Under the pieces are notes generated by a model, which was given only the letters and a program-made list of their open reading frames with translations, did not search any database and was not told where the DNA came from. Shown one piece after another: positions 9,130 to 19,432 of a stretch of 64,000 bases of DNA. How positions within the stretch are numbered: the stretch's first letter is position 1; every line of letters starts with the position of its first letter. The DNA is from an uncultured Actinomycetes bacterium (GTDB lineage: Bacteria > Actinomycetota > Acidimicrobiia > Acidimicrobiales > Ilumatobacteraceae), in NCBI GenBank assembly GCA_937876415.1, contig CALEHE010000301.1:6389-70388 (forward strand), written 5' to 3'. A program made the position numbers and the translations under genes.

Positions 9130-10587
9130 CTAACGATTCGATTTCGGCTTACTAAATCCGAGAGCCAAGTTAATGAGAAGTCGAGTACCGAACCCCGTTG
9201 CACCACGGCTCAACCAACCGTCATCGCCGTCAACATTCATTGGACCAGCAATATCAAGGTGTGCCCACGGCACGTCACCGGTAAATTCAGCCAAGAACAA
9301 TGCCGCCGTAATCGCTCCACCGTATGGCCCACCAATGTTTTTCATGTCCGCGACATTTGAATCAAGCAGACGTCGATAACTGCGTTCAAGTGGCAACTGC
9401 CAAACCGGCTCGTCAGCTTTATCGGCAGCGCTCTTGACTTGATCAATAAACGACTGGTTCGTTCCGAGTACTCCGGCGATTTTGGCCCCGAGTGCCGCCA
9501 TACATGCACCAGTCAGAGTTGCGATATCAACGATGGCATCTGGCTTCAACTCAGTTGCTAACGACAATCCATCGGCCAAAATCAATCGACCCTCAGCATC
9601 AGTGTTCAAAATTTCAGATGTTTTACCGTTGCGGAAAGTCAACACGTCGCCCATTGCAACGGCGCTACCTGACGGTCGGTTATCGGTGCACATCAAGTAA
9701 CCCGTCACGGCAGTGCGACAACGCAATGCTTTCAAGGCACTCATGGCAGAAAGAACCGCGGCGGCACCCGACATATCCATCTTCATGTTTCCGTGCGACG
9801 CATCGCTCGGCTTCAAACTGATTCCTCCAGAGTCGTATGTAACGCCCTTACCGACCATGACCAGATGCCCTTGTGGATCACTCGGCGTGTACGTCAACTT
9901 CACCATGCGGGCCGGCTCGGTTGATCCACGATTGACCCCAATCAGTCCACCGCAACCCATGACTTCCAACTTGTCATTGTCGAATACTTCAACGCCAAGC
10001 CCAGTGGCTCGGGCAATTTCAACGGCACGATCGGCCAAAATTCGTGCGGTCAAATACGCCGGTGGTGTATTCGCCAAATCACGAGCCAAAGTTGCTGCTG
10101 CGGCGGTTGTGCGGCCCCGTTCAACTCCAGTTTCAGTACTGCGCTCCCGTGCACTCGAAGTTGTCACCGTCAGTGTGCTTGGTGCAGAACCCTTTGATGA
10201 TTTGAGATCGGTGTAGCGATATGTCGCCAACGTGAATCCTTCGACGGCCGCCTGAGCCGCCGAACGAGCGTCAAGCGCGACACTGTCGACCAAGTTCGTT
10301 GCAACATGGGTTCGACGCGAGCACGCGCGAGCAAGTGCTGCAGCAGCATCGCGAACAGCATTGGCATCGGCTTTACGAGAATCGCCAATTCCGACAGCGA
10401 TGTATGTGGGACCAGTTGATGACGGCACAACCAATGTCTGGCCGACCTTGCTATCAAAACCATGAGCGGTCAAAGCGGCTCGACTGAGTCCAAGTTGACG
10501 AGGTACGGCGCCAGTAGTTGCGACCGCGAATCCGACGGCGTCAGCAGTACGGGGAATGGAACGTGATGTTTCGACAGTTAAAGCCAT
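9130..10587 (-). CDS. pepA: leucyl aminopeptidase (M17)
   Basis: Contains VGKGVTYDSGGISLKP, NTDAEGRLILAD and DIATLTGA, the M17 catalytic signatures. Confidence 0.9.
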   Translation of the reverse strand: MALTVETSRSIPRTADAVGFAVATTGAVPRQLGLSRAALTAHGFDSKVGQTLVVPSSTGPTYIAVGIGDSRKADANAVRDAAAALARACSRRTHVATNLVDSVALDARSAAQAAVEGFTLATYRYTDLKSSKGSAPSTLTVTTSSARERSTETGVERGRTTAAAATLARDLANTPPAYLTARILADRAVEIARATGLGVEVFDNDKLEVMGCGGLIGVNRGSTEPARMVKLTYTPSDPQGHLVMVGKGVTYDSGGISLKPSDASHGNMKMDMSGAAAVLSAMSALKALRCRTAVTGYLMCTDNRPSGSAVAMGDVLTFRNGKTSEILNTDAEGRLILADGLSLATELKPDAIVDIATLTGACMAALGAKIAGVLGTNQSFIDQVKSAADKADEPVWQLPLERSYRRLLDSNVADMKNIGGPYGGAITAALFLAEFTGDVPWAHLDIAGPMNVDGDDGWLSRGATGFGTRLLINLALGFSKPKSNR

Positions 10588-10594
10588 GTGTCAA

Positions 10595-11143
10595 TCATGA
10601 CACGCCGCGCACGGGAAGGCTTTCTCCTTCGTTCCATCGAGCCATCGTCCACAGCAAATCTGACAAGCGATTGAGGTACGGAACTGCATGTGAAGGCACT
10701 GGGGCCGCAGCAATTGAATGGCGCTCAGCCCGCCGGACCACGGTGCGAGCAACATCCAGCCACGCTGAAACCTTGTTGCCACCGGGCACGACAAATTCAG
10801 TCGGCGGCTCAAAGCGGGTATCAAGTTCGTCAATGAGATTCTCTAATCGGGTCACCATTGAGGCTTCAACACACGAAGCACCCGGAGTCAACTTTGAACG
10901 GTTTTCTGGCAAGGTCGCCAATTCAGCCATCAACACCCACAAATCACGCATGATCGGAATCAATAAGGATTCAACCTCGGAACCGTGGCCGGCCTCGGCC
11001 CGTACCACGCCCAAAATTGATTGAGCCTCGTCCACGGTGCCATATGCACGTGGCAACACACTGTCTTTAGGAACACGACCGCCGTAAAAGAGACCCGTCG
11101 TCCCGTCATCACCATCACGGGTATAAATACTTGAACGTGTCAT
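10595..11143 (-). CDS. PduO-type ATP:cob(I)alamin adenosyltransferase
   Basis: MTRSSIYTRDGDDGTTGL matches the hallmark PduO N-terminus, followed by GTVDEAQSILG. The internal ATG at 11143 is preferred over the longest ORF start at 11200. Confidence 0.85.
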   Translation of the reverse strand: MTRSSIYTRDGDDGTTGLFYGGRVPKDSVLPRAYGTVDEAQSILGVVRAEAGHGSEVESLLIPIMRDLWVLMAELATLPENRSKLTPGASCVEASMVTRLENLIDELDTRFEPPTEFVVPGGNKVSAWLDVARTVVRRAERHSIAAAPVPSHAVPYLNRLSDLLWTMARWNEGESLPVRGVS

Positions 11144-11271
11144 CACCTTCACCCTAGTGCTCGTGAACGAACGACGAGAGATCCACGCAACACCTGTCAC
11201 ATCGCTTTCAACGACTCCAACCCGACCTCGCTCCCTCAGGCCGTGGTGCTCGAACGGTAGCGTATTGAGGA

Positions 11272-14200
11272 ATGTCCCGACAGTCCTTTCTTTCTGCAGT
11301 CAACGAACGCGTCATCGTTTTTGATGGTGCTTTTGGCACCTTCGTCCAGGATCTCGACCTTGGGCCAGATGACTTCGGTGGCGCCAGCCTTGAGGGCTGC
11401 AACGAGTATCTCTGCATCACTCGCCCTGATGTCATCCGTCAGATGCATTCGGCTTTTCTTGATGTGGGCGTCGATGTACTTGAAACCGCGAGTTTCGGCA
11501 GTTTCTCGACAGTGCTCAGCGAATACAACATCTCTGATAAGGCCTACGAACTCAATGTTGAAGCAGCACGTCTCGCACGCGAGACCGCCAACGATTACGA
11601 ATCAAGCGGCAAGGCGCGCTACGTCGCGGGTTCAATCGGACCTGGCACCAAGTTGCCGAGCCTCGGACATATTCGATTTACTGAACTTCGAGATGCGTAC
11701 GTTGAACAAGCTCGCGGACTCATTGTCGGTGGTGCCGATCTCTTCTTAATTGAAACGTGCATGGATCTGCTGCAGATCAAAGCCGCGATGATCGCATGTC
11801 GTCGAGCAATGGTTGCCGAAGGACGCGAAATCCCGATTCAGGTGCAAGTCACCATGGAAACAACCGGTCGGATGTTGGTGGGTTCTGAAATTGGAGCAGC
11901 CCTTACGGCAATCAGCGCTATGAAGCCTGACGTGTTTGGCATCAACTGCGCAACTGGTCCTGCCGAAATGCAAGAGCATTTGCGCCATCTCAGCCAGAAC
12001 GCTTCAATGCCTATCAGCGTTTTACCCAACGCTGGTTTGCCCAGCATTGTTGATGGTCGCACTCATTACGATCTCACACCTGCGGAACTCGCCAAATTCC
12101 ATCATCACCATGTCAACGATCTCGGAATCGGAATTGTTGGCGGATGCTGCGGCACCACTCCGGCTCACCTCAAAGCTGTTGTTGATGCAGTGAGTGGCAT
12201 GGCCGCACCCAAGCGCACGCCAGTTGACGAACCAAGTGTTTCATCGATCTACTCATCGGTTCCCATGGTCCAAGACAAGTCGTTCTTGATTATCGGCGAG
12301 CGCACCAACACCAACGGCTCAAAGGCCTTCCGCGACGCGATGATCGCTGGCGAATGGGATAACTGTTCAAAGATTGCCACCGAGCAAATTCGTGAAGGTG
12401 CTCACGTTCTCGACGTGTGTGTTGACTACGTCGGACGTGACGGTGCTATCGACATGGATGAAATTGCGAGTCGCTTCGCCACCCAAGCAAGTGTTCCGCT
12501 TGTTCTTGACTCAACCGAACCACAAGTACTTGAGGCTGGCCTCATGCATATTGGTGGTCGCGCCATTTTGAATTCGGCCAACCTTGAAGACGGCGAAGAA
12601 GTCGGTTGCCGCATGGACCGCGTCTTCAGCCTCGCTCGCGAATACGGCTGCGCAGTGATCTGCCTCCTGATCGATGAGAAGGGTCAGGCTCGCGATGTCG
12701 AATGGAAACTTGAAATCGCTCACCGTATTCACCGCATCGCTGTCGATCGCTATGGCTTAAGCGCCAGCGACCTGATCTTTGATGCGCTGACCTTCCCTCT
12801 GTCAACTGGCGATGACGACTTACGCCTCGATGCGAAGCACACCATTGATGCCATCAAGCGCATCAAAGACGAAATCCCCGGTTGCTTCACCACTCTCGGA
12901 GTTTCTAATGTCAGCTTCGGCCTGAAGCCGTCATCACGCCACGCATTAAACAGTGTCTTCTTGCACGAGTGCGTTCAGGCGGGACTTGATTCGGCAATTG
13001 TGCACGCCGGAAAAATTCTTCCTCTGGCACGTATGCCCGAAGAACATAAGCAAGTGTGCCTCGATCTCATCTATGACCGACGCACCAAAGACTATGACCC
13101 ACTGAAGAAGTTGTTAGAAATCTTCGCCGATGTCAATGTGGTTGAAACGGTACGCGAAGACCGTACCGACTGGACAGTTGAACAACTCTTGAAGCAGCGC
13201 ATCATTGACGGCGACCGCGAAGGTTTAACAACCGATCTCGATACCGCTATGGCCCAGGGTCTGGCACCGCTGGCAATTGTGAATGATGTTTTACTCGATG
13301 GCATGAAAGTCGTTGGCGAATTGTTCGGTTCTGGTCAGATGCAGTTGCCCTTCGTTTTGCAATCTGCCGAAACCATGAAGACGGCAGTTGCCTACCTTGA
13401 ACCGCATATGGAAAAGACCGGCGAGAGTTCAGCCAAGGGTGTACTCGTTCTTGCCACTGTCAAGGGTGATGTTCACGACATCGGCAAGAACCTGGTTGAC
13501 ATTATCTGCACCAATAATGGCTACGAAGTGCACAACCTCGGAATCAAGATTCCGATCAGCGAGATGATTCAGAAGGTCAAGGAGGTTAATGCCGATGCCT
13601 TGGGCATGAGCGGCTTGCTTGTGAAGAGCACTCTCATCATGCGCGAGAACTTGATTGAGATGAATGACACTGGCGTGTCTGGTGTGCCAGTCATCCTTGG
13701 AGGCGCTGCACTCACCCGCACATTCGTCGAAAAAGACCTCCGAGAGGTTTATGACGGTCGCGTCTTCTACGGCCGCGATGCCTTTGAGGGACTGCACACC
13801 CTCGACAAATTGGTTGCTATGAAAAAGTCGGGTGTCGATGATCCTGATCTTGGTCGCATTCCGTCGGGTCGAGTTCTTCCTAAGCGCACTGGATCTGGTG
13901 ACAAACCCGCAGTTGAAATTCCTTTGCGTTCACCCGACGTAGTTGATGACAACCAAGTTTTCAAACCACCGTTCTTGGGCTCGAAGATTGTCAAAGGCAT
14001 CAGCCTGGACGACATCACCCAGTACGTCAACGAGACTGCCTTGTATCGCAATCAATGGCAGTATCGACCCGAGAAAGACGAAAGTGATGAAGATTTCAAA
14101 TCTCGTCTGCGCGCGACTTTCCGCCAAGAACTCTCCGCTGCCAAGGCTGCTGGCTTCTTAGTTCCGCAAGTCGTGTATGGCTACTACTGCGTTAACGCCG

Positions 14201-14748
14201 ATGGGAATGACCTCGTTGTTTGGAGCGATGAAACTCGCAGTGCCGAACTAGCGCGCTTTTCGTATCCACGCCAGAGCGAAGCACCGTTCATGTGCATCGC
14301 CGACTTCTACCGCACATTCAACAAAGGCCCCGACTACGCCGCTTTCCATATCGTCACCATGGGTGAAGCAGTCAGCGTTGAAGCCGCAAAACTCTTTGCG
14401 GCGAACGAGTACCAGAAATACATGATCATTCACGGCCTTGGTGTCGAGATGGCTGAAGCACTCGCCGAGTTGTGGCATAAGCGCATTCGTGAAGAGTGGG
14501 GTTTTGTCGGCGAAGACGGTCCGTCCATCGGCGGACTCTTCCGTCAGCAATATCGCGGTGGTCGTTACTCGTGGGGCTACCCAGCGTGTCCCGATCTCGA
14601 AGACAACGCGACCGTCGCGACACTGCTTGAAGCCGGGCGGCTCGGAATTGAAGTCAGCGAAGAAACTGGTTGGCAATACCAACCCGAACAAACCACTTCA
14701 GCCATCATCTGTCACCACCCGCAAGCCAAATACTTCGTCGCCCGCTGA
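11272..14748 (+). CDS. metH: cobalamin-dependent methionine synthase
   Basis: 1158 aa containing all four modules: the Hcy-binding module (GGCCGTTPAH), the pterin-binding module, the B12-binding module (GDVHDIGKN = DxHxxG) and a C-terminal reactivation domain. A GAGGA RBS lies upstream. Confidence 0.95.
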   Translation: MSRQSFLSAVNERVIVFDGAFGTFVQDLDLGPDDFGGASLEGCNEYLCITRPDVIRQMHSAFLDVGVDVLETASFGSFSTVLSEYNISDKAYELNVEAARLARETANDYESSGKARYVAGSIGPGTKLPSLGHIRFTELRDAYVEQARGLIVGGADLFLIETCMDLLQIKAAMIACRRAMVAEGREIPIQVQVTMETTGRMLVGSEIGAALTAISAMKPDVFGINCATGPAEMQEHLRHLSQNASMPISVLPNAGLPSIVDGRTHYDLTPAELAKFHHHHVNDLGIGIVGGCCGTTPAHLKAVVDAVSGMAAPKRTPVDEPSVSSIYSSVPMVQDKSFLIIGERTNTNGSKAFRDAMIAGEWDNCSKIATEQIREGAHVLDVCVDYVGRDGAIDMDEIASRFATQASVPLVLDSTEPQVLEAGLMHIGGRAILNSANLEDGEEVGCRMDRVFSLAREYGCAVICLLIDEKGQARDVEWKLEIAHRIHRIAVDRYGLSASDLIFDALTFPLSTGDDDLRLDAKHTIDAIKRIKDEIPGCFTTLGVSNVSFGLKPSSRHALNSVFLHECVQAGLDSAIVHAGKILPLARMPEEHKQVCLDLIYDRRTKDYDPLKKLLEIFADVNVVETVREDRTDWTVEQLLKQRIIDGDREGLTTDLDTAMAQGLAPLAIVNDVLLDGMKVVGELFGSGQMQLPFVLQSAETMKTAVAYLEPHMEKTGESSAKGVLVLATVKGDVHDIGKNLVDIICTNNGYEVHNLGIKIPISEMIQKVKEVNADALGMSGLLVKSTLIMRENLIEMNDTGVSGVPVILGGAALTRTFVEKDLREVYDGRVFYGRDAFEGLHTLDKLVAMKKSGVDDPDLGRIPSGRVLPKRTGSGDKPAVEIPLRSPDVVDDNQVFKPPFLGSKIVKGISLDDITQYVNETALYRNQWQYRPEKDESDEDFKSRLRATFRQELSAAKAAGFLVPQVVYGYYCVNADGNDLVVWSDETRSAELARFSYPRQSEAPFMCIADFYRTFNKGPDYAAFHIVTMGEAVSVEAAKLFAANEYQKYMIIHGLGVEMAEALAELWHKRIREEWGFVGEDGPSIGGLFRQQYRGGRYSWGYPACPDLEDNATVATLLEAGRLGIEVSEETGWQYQPEQTTSAIICHHPQAKYFVAR

Positions 14749-14780
14749 CCCTTCGTTCAGCAATCTGATAAACACGCTGT

Positions 14781-15506
14781 ATGGCAAAAATCCTCATCCG
14801 CATCGCGATATCAGTCGTTGTTGTCGTCGGTCTCGTGTACGGCGGAATCTTGTTGTACACCAAAGTCATTAATCCGCCCGAAGGCAAACTTAACGAGGAT
14901 GACTTAACAGCCGTCGTCAGTGGTACGTCCGATGTCCCGTCAACTGAACTTGATGCGTCAACAGTCCCTCCCGAACCAGACTCGGGCGTTAACGGAACAT
15001 GGCTCGCCACAAGCGATTCAACTGTTGGCTATCGCGTCAAAGAAGTTCTTGGAGGGGTTGACACCGAAGGCGTTGGCCGCACCAACCAGGTCAATGGATC
15101 GCTCACCATTCAAGACACAACACTGCTCAGTACGGTTTTTGAAATCGACGTTGCCTCAATCACGAGCGATAGTTCGAGACGAGATTCACAATTTGCTGGC
15201 AACATCATGGACACCGCGACATTTCCCACAGCGAACTTTCGACTACTTACTCCCATCAACCTCGGAACAATTCCAGCCGATGGGCAGAAAATTACGGCAA
15301 CCGCTTTTGGCGAACTCACTTTGCACGGCGTCACGAATCAAGTGAGTTTTGACATCACCGCGACTATTGACAACGGCATTATCGGTGTTCTCGGCTCAAT
15401 TGACATCACCTTTGCCGATTACGGAATCGCCAATCCATCAAACGGATTCGTCACCACTGGCGATACTGGCTTGCTTGAGTTTGTCTTGGCCTTTCAAAAG
15501 AGTTAA
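14781..15506 (+). CDS. YceI family protein with N-terminal membrane anchor
   Basis: An N-terminal TM helix (ILIRIAISVVVVVGLVYGGILLY) is followed by a YceI-like core (W...STVGYRVKEVL...V.G). Confidence 0.75.
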   Translation: MAKILIRIAISVVVVVGLVYGGILLYTKVINPPEGKLNEDDLTAVVSGTSDVPSTELDASTVPPEPDSGVNGTWLATSDSTVGYRVKEVLGGVDTEGVGRTNQVNGSLTIQDTTLLSTVFEIDVASITSDSSRRDSQFAGNIMDTATFPTANFRLLTPINLGTIPADGQKITATAFGELTLHGVTNQVSFDITATIDNGIIGVLGSIDITFADYGIANPSNGFVTTGDTGLLEFVLAFQKS

Positions 15507-15523
15507 TTAACTACTTCGGCCAG

Positions 15524-17323
15524 CTACTTTGGTTGGCTACGTTGCCACGCGTCGGCCAAAGCCGCATACCTTCCACCCAAAGCCACCAATTCATCGTGCG
15601 AACCCAGTTCAACTAACGAGCCGTGGTCAATCACTCCGATGCGGTCGGCTCGTCGCACTGTTGTCAATCGATGAGCCACGACAATGACGGTCCGTCCAGT
15701 CATCAGCGTTTCTAAAGCGTGCTCAACGACGGCTTCAGTGCCTGGATCAAGATTTGAAGTTGCCTCATCGAGCACTAGAACTGCGGGATCAACCAAGGCG
15801 GCTCGCGCCAAGGCAATGAGTTGGCGTTCTCCTGCCGACAATCGTGAACCCCGCTCACGAACTTCGGTCTCGAGCCCTTCCGAGAACTCGACAAAACGAT
15901 CTAATGCACCGATTGATTCAAGCGCTTGCTCTACTTCAGTATCTGTTGCTTCAGGGCGAGCGATTCGAATGTTCTCGCGAATTGTTCCACCAAAGCAGAA
16001 GCCCTCTTGCGGCACCACAATGATTCGTCGGCGAAGGTCAGTCATTGATGACAAGCGCAAGTCCACTCCCCCAAATGACACGCTGCCCGCCACACCATCA
16101 ACTGCGCTCGGGTCATACAGGCGGGCCATCAATTTGGCCAAAGTTGACTTACCCGCTCCCGTTGGTCCCACTAAAGCCAGTCGTTCGCCATCAGCAACCG
16201 AAATTGAGATATCACTGAGAGCTGGACGATCGCTGCCCGCGTATCCAAATGTCACCCTGTCAACGACAATTGCACCGCGCGACGGCAACTCAGTCGGCTG
16301 TTCAACCTCGTCAACATCGGGAACAGCGTCGATGATGCCAATCAGTTTGTGCAAAGCCGCAGTTGATGACTGCACAGTGTTGTATAACTGGCTCAATTGT
16401 TGAACTGGATCAAAAAGATTGGCCAAAAGCAAAACAAACGCGGTGACAGTTCCGATCGTGACTGAATCACGATGAACTAACCAGCCGCCAACACCAATGA
16501 TCGCACCAGTTGCCGCAATTCCCGCAAACTCAACCAGTCCGAAATACCAAGTACTGATCCTGACGCTGTACATATGTGAGTCAAATAAGGCACGATTTGA
16601 CTGACGAAAACGCTCAGACCGATTTTCTTCTTGTCCATAGGCCTGAATGACTCGAACGCCCGTGATTCCTTCTTGCAGTGTCGAAAGGTTATTGCCAACC
16701 TTTTCGCGCACATCAAGATAGGCATGATTAGAAGTTCGCTGAAATCTGATTGAAGCGATAATCAATATTGGTAAAACCAACATCGTGACCAAAGATAACT
16801 GCCACGACATCACAAACAACAAAATCGTGGCAAGACACAACAGCAAGAACGCCGAAACAAATTGCAACAAGCCGAACTGAATCAACTCAGCCATTGACTC
16901 GATATCAGCCGTCATACGTGAAACGAGAACACCAGCCTTCTCGCGATCAAAGTACGACATTGACTGTTTTTGCAATTTGTCAAACACCGTAATTCTGAGT
17001 TCGCGCAAGAAACCTTCGCCGGCCCGGTTAATAGTGATGTATTGCAAACGACCGGCAAAGTAACCAATGATCGTGACAATGACATAGAGCACCACTACTT
17101 GGTTGAGTGCAGATCCATCTTTAACTTTGATGCCGTTATCAATCGCGAACCGAACCAACGTAGGTCCGGCAAGAGTAACCAAGGTACCGATGAATACAAA
17201 GACCAGTGACGACAGAATCAGACGACGCTGTGATCGGGCCATTGAATAGGCCCGACGCAACACCCGCAACGTCTGAACCCGATCAAGGCGATCTTCTTCA
17301 CTGACAGCAGACAAACTCCACAT
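15524..17323 (-). CDS. ABC exporter, fused permease/ATP-binding subunit
   Basis: A 6-TM domain is followed by Walker A (GPTGAGKST), signature (LSAGERQ) and Walker B (LVLDEATS). ATGA-coupled to the upstream paralogue. Confidence 0.9.
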   Translation of the reverse strand: MWSLSAVSEEDRLDRVQTLRVLRRAYSMARSQRRLILSSLVFVFIGTLVTLAGPTLVRFAIDNGIKVKDGSALNQVVVLYVIVTIIGYFAGRLQYITINRAGEGFLRELRITVFDKLQKQSMSYFDREKAGVLVSRMTADIESMAELIQFGLLQFVSAFLLLCLATILLFVMSWQLSLVTMLVLPILIIASIRFQRTSNHAYLDVREKVGNNLSTLQEGITGVRVIQAYGQEENRSERFRQSNRALFDSHMYSVRISTWYFGLVEFAGIAATGAIIGVGGWLVHRDSVTIGTVTAFVLLLANLFDPVQQLSQLYNTVQSSTAALHKLIGIIDAVPDVDEVEQPTELPSRGAIVVDRVTFGYAGSDRPALSDISISVADGERLALVGPTGAGKSTLAKLMARLYDPSAVDGVAGSVSFGGVDLRLSSMTDLRRRIIVVPQEGFCFGGTIRENIRIARPEATDTEVEQALESIGALDRFVEFSEGLETEVRERGSRLSAGERQLIALARAALVDPAVLVLDEATSNLDPGTEAVVEHALETLMTGRTVIVVAHRLTTVRRADRIGVIDHGSLVELGSHDELVALGGRYAALADAWQRSQPK

Positions 17324-19122
17324 CAGCGAATCACCTCAACATCGTCATTGCCATCAGACTCTTGTACTTCCCATGCGGCTAGTACTTGGCGGTAACGCTC
17401 ATTGTCCGCAAGCAAACCTTCATGAGTACCAACAGCAACTGCCCGACCCTCATCAAGAAGGATCACTGTGTCGGCTAACGCAATAGTTCCTGGACGGTGA
17501 GCAATCACAATTGTGGTGCGGCCCTTCATCACGGTGGCCATGGCTTCGCGAATCTCATGTTCTTTGGATGGATCAACCGCCGATGTTGCATCGTCAAGAA
17601 CCAATACCCGAGGATCCGAAACAATCGCTCGAGCAATAGCGATTCGTTGACGCTGACCACCCGACAGCGAATACCCGCGCTCACCAAGGATTGTTTGATA
17701 ACCCTCGGGTAATTCCATTATAAAATCGTGAGCCCCGGCAAGCCGAGCAGCACGTTCAATCACATCTGGACCCGCATTGGGCCGCGAAAACGCAATGTTG
17801 TCGGCGACGGAATCATGAAACAAAAATGTCTCTTCGAAAACAATTCCGATTGCACTACGAAGATCAGTCAGAGTCAACTGACGTACATCAATACCGTCAA
17901 GTCGAATTGAACCTTGCTGCACGTCATGAAAACGATTCAATAATCGCACCACCGTTGATTTACCTGATCCGGTAGCGCCCACTAGAGCCACTGCTTGTCC
18001 GGGCCGAATGCTGAAACTGAGATGGTTAATAACTGGGCTTGCACCTTCATACGAAAATACGGTCTCGTCGAAAATGACTTCACCAACCGGCCGATCACTA
18101 CTTGTTGAGGGCAGAGACGTGGGGCTTAGTGGATCAATCACCAAACTTGGAGTACTCAGCACTTCGTCCACCCGTACCAGTGCTACTGAGGCTCGCTGAG
18201 CAAGCGCAACGGTCATCGCCAAGTTTCGTAACGGCCAGATCAACATGGTGATGTAGGCATTGAACTTGACGAGGTCTCCCACTGTCATCTGCCCATTAAT
18301 CACCCGATGACCGCCAATTCCGAGCACTGCAATCAAACCAATTGAGGGAAGTAAATCAAGTGCTGGCAGAAACTTGCTGCGAATTTTCGCCGCCACCAAA
18401 GAAACATTCCAAATATCATCGGCTTCGGTTTTGAGTTTGCGTGCTTGAACTTGTTCGGCGCCGAAACCCTTAATCACTCGGACACCTGACACCGACTCTT
18501 CAACAACTGTTGCGAGCTGCGCTTGCTCTTGCTGCACTGCCAGAACCGCAGGATGAATTTGTCGAGAAAACCTACTCGCCATCACATTGACAATGGGCAA
18601 TGGCGCAAGGGCAAACATGGCCAACATCGGTTGCGAGGCAATCAACAGTACGACGACAGCGATTAGCATCGCCAAGTTCGACAACGTGATCGGAATCATG
18701 ACCACGAAAGCCTGGAGCTGCTGCAAGTCTGATGATGCTCGACTCATCAATTGACCGGTTTGCATCTTGTCGTGGTAGCCAACATGCAACTTCAATAAGT
18801 GGCTGAAGATTTGTTCACGCAGTCGCGTCTCAATCCAGCGACTTTCACGAAATGCGTACCAACGTCGCATGGCTGTGAATAGACCAGCAATGACTCCAGC
18901 AGCCACAACCAGACCTGACCAGAAAACTAGGTTGCCGCTTCCTTCAATTCCGCGGTCAATACCCATCTTGGTGAGCTGTGGCACCGAGACCTTGCCGAGA
19001 GCCCAAAACAATCCGACGACCACCCCAATTGCCAAGCCCCCACGCTGTTGGCTGAGCGCCACCCTCAACAAACGCCATCCCTGTTGGGTGTCGGGCTTTT
19101 GAGTCACTGGGGTCACCGTCAA
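17323..19122 (-). CDS. ABC exporter, fused permease/ATP-binding subunit
   Basis: A 6-TM domain is followed by GATGSGKST, LSGGQRQ and LVLDDATS. Probable heterodimer partner of 15524..17323. Confidence 0.9.
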   Translation of the reverse strand: MTVTPVTQKPDTQQGWRLLRVALSQQRGGLAIGVVVGLFWALGKVSVPQLTKMGIDRGIEGSGNLVFWSGLVVAAGVIAGLFTAMRRWYAFRESRWIETRLREQIFSHLLKLHVGYHDKMQTGQLMSRASSDLQQLQAFVVMIPITLSNLAMLIAVVVLLIASQPMLAMFALAPLPIVNVMASRFSRQIHPAVLAVQQEQAQLATVVEESVSGVRVIKGFGAEQVQARKLKTEADDIWNVSLVAAKIRSKFLPALDLLPSIGLIAVLGIGGHRVINGQMTVGDLVKFNAYITMLIWPLRNLAMTVALAQRASVALVRVDEVLSTPSLVIDPLSPTSLPSTSSDRPVGEVIFDETVFSYEGASPVINHLSFSIRPGQAVALVGATGSGKSTVVRLLNRFHDVQQGSIRLDGIDVRQLTLTDLRSAIGIVFEETFLFHDSVADNIAFSRPNAGPDVIERAARLAGAHDFIMELPEGYQTILGERGYSLSGGQRQRIAIARAIVSDPRVLVLDDATSAVDPSKEHEIREAMATVMKGRTTIVIAHRPGTIALADTVILLDEGRAVAVGTHEGLLADNERYRQVLAAWEVQESDGNDDVEVIR

Positions 19123-19225
19123 AAATTAGCCCTCACCAGCAGAAACTTCTGCATCCTGAGAGACGAGACGGCATTTTCACAGCCACCTCAACAACTCTGC
19201 CTGACCCTTTGGACAAAGTATCAAC

Positions 19226-19420
19226 ATGGACATCAACCACCAGACTTCGCAGCCCGCAACCGACGCTCCGGTTCAACTTCAATTAGCCGGCCTCGAAACC
19301 ACTCCAACCGGAATTGATCCGCGATTCATTCTGTCCGACGAAGTGTGTCGCAACGGACTTCGTCATATCGCCGAAATTCGCCGGCGACTCTCGGCCAGTC
19401 AGCAGCATGAAGCGGCGTAA
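19226..19420 (+). CDS. small hypothetical protein (64 aa)
   Basis: This is the only ORF in the gap between the ABC exporter pair and the LLM gene. I recognised no motif, and coding status is unproven. Confidence 0.25.
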   Translation: MDINHQTSQPATDAPVQLQLAGLETTPTGIDPRFILSDEVCRNGLRHIAEIRRRLSASQQHEAA

Positions 19421-19432
19421 CCCAAAACGCTT

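Noticed and set aside
11144-11271. A cobalamin or SAH riboswitch in the divergent region upstream of metH.
   Set aside because: Only 128 nt are shared by two divergent promoters, which is too short for a cobalamin element. I could not find a B12-box or the SAH-riboswitch conserved strands. An Rfam/cmscan run would settle it.
15684-16403. Long antisense ORFs overlapping well-supported genes. Examples are 15684..16403, 9713..10216, 38631..39137, 40461..41042, 41603..41944, 37716..38162 and 57696..58959.
   Set aside because: Each lies opposite a gene with strong family motifs. Their translations are Arg/Ser/Pro-rich and low-complexity, as expected for mirror frames in moderately GC-rich DNA. 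No motif was recognised in any of them.
17323-19420. The small 64-aa ORF next to the ABC exporter pair as a RiPP/bacteriocin precursor with a dedicated exporter.
   Set aside because: It is divergently oriented. There is no peptidase (C39) domain on the exporters, no modification enzymes nearby, and no leader or core-like pattern (Cys/Ser/Thr-rich core, GG cleavage site) in the peptide.
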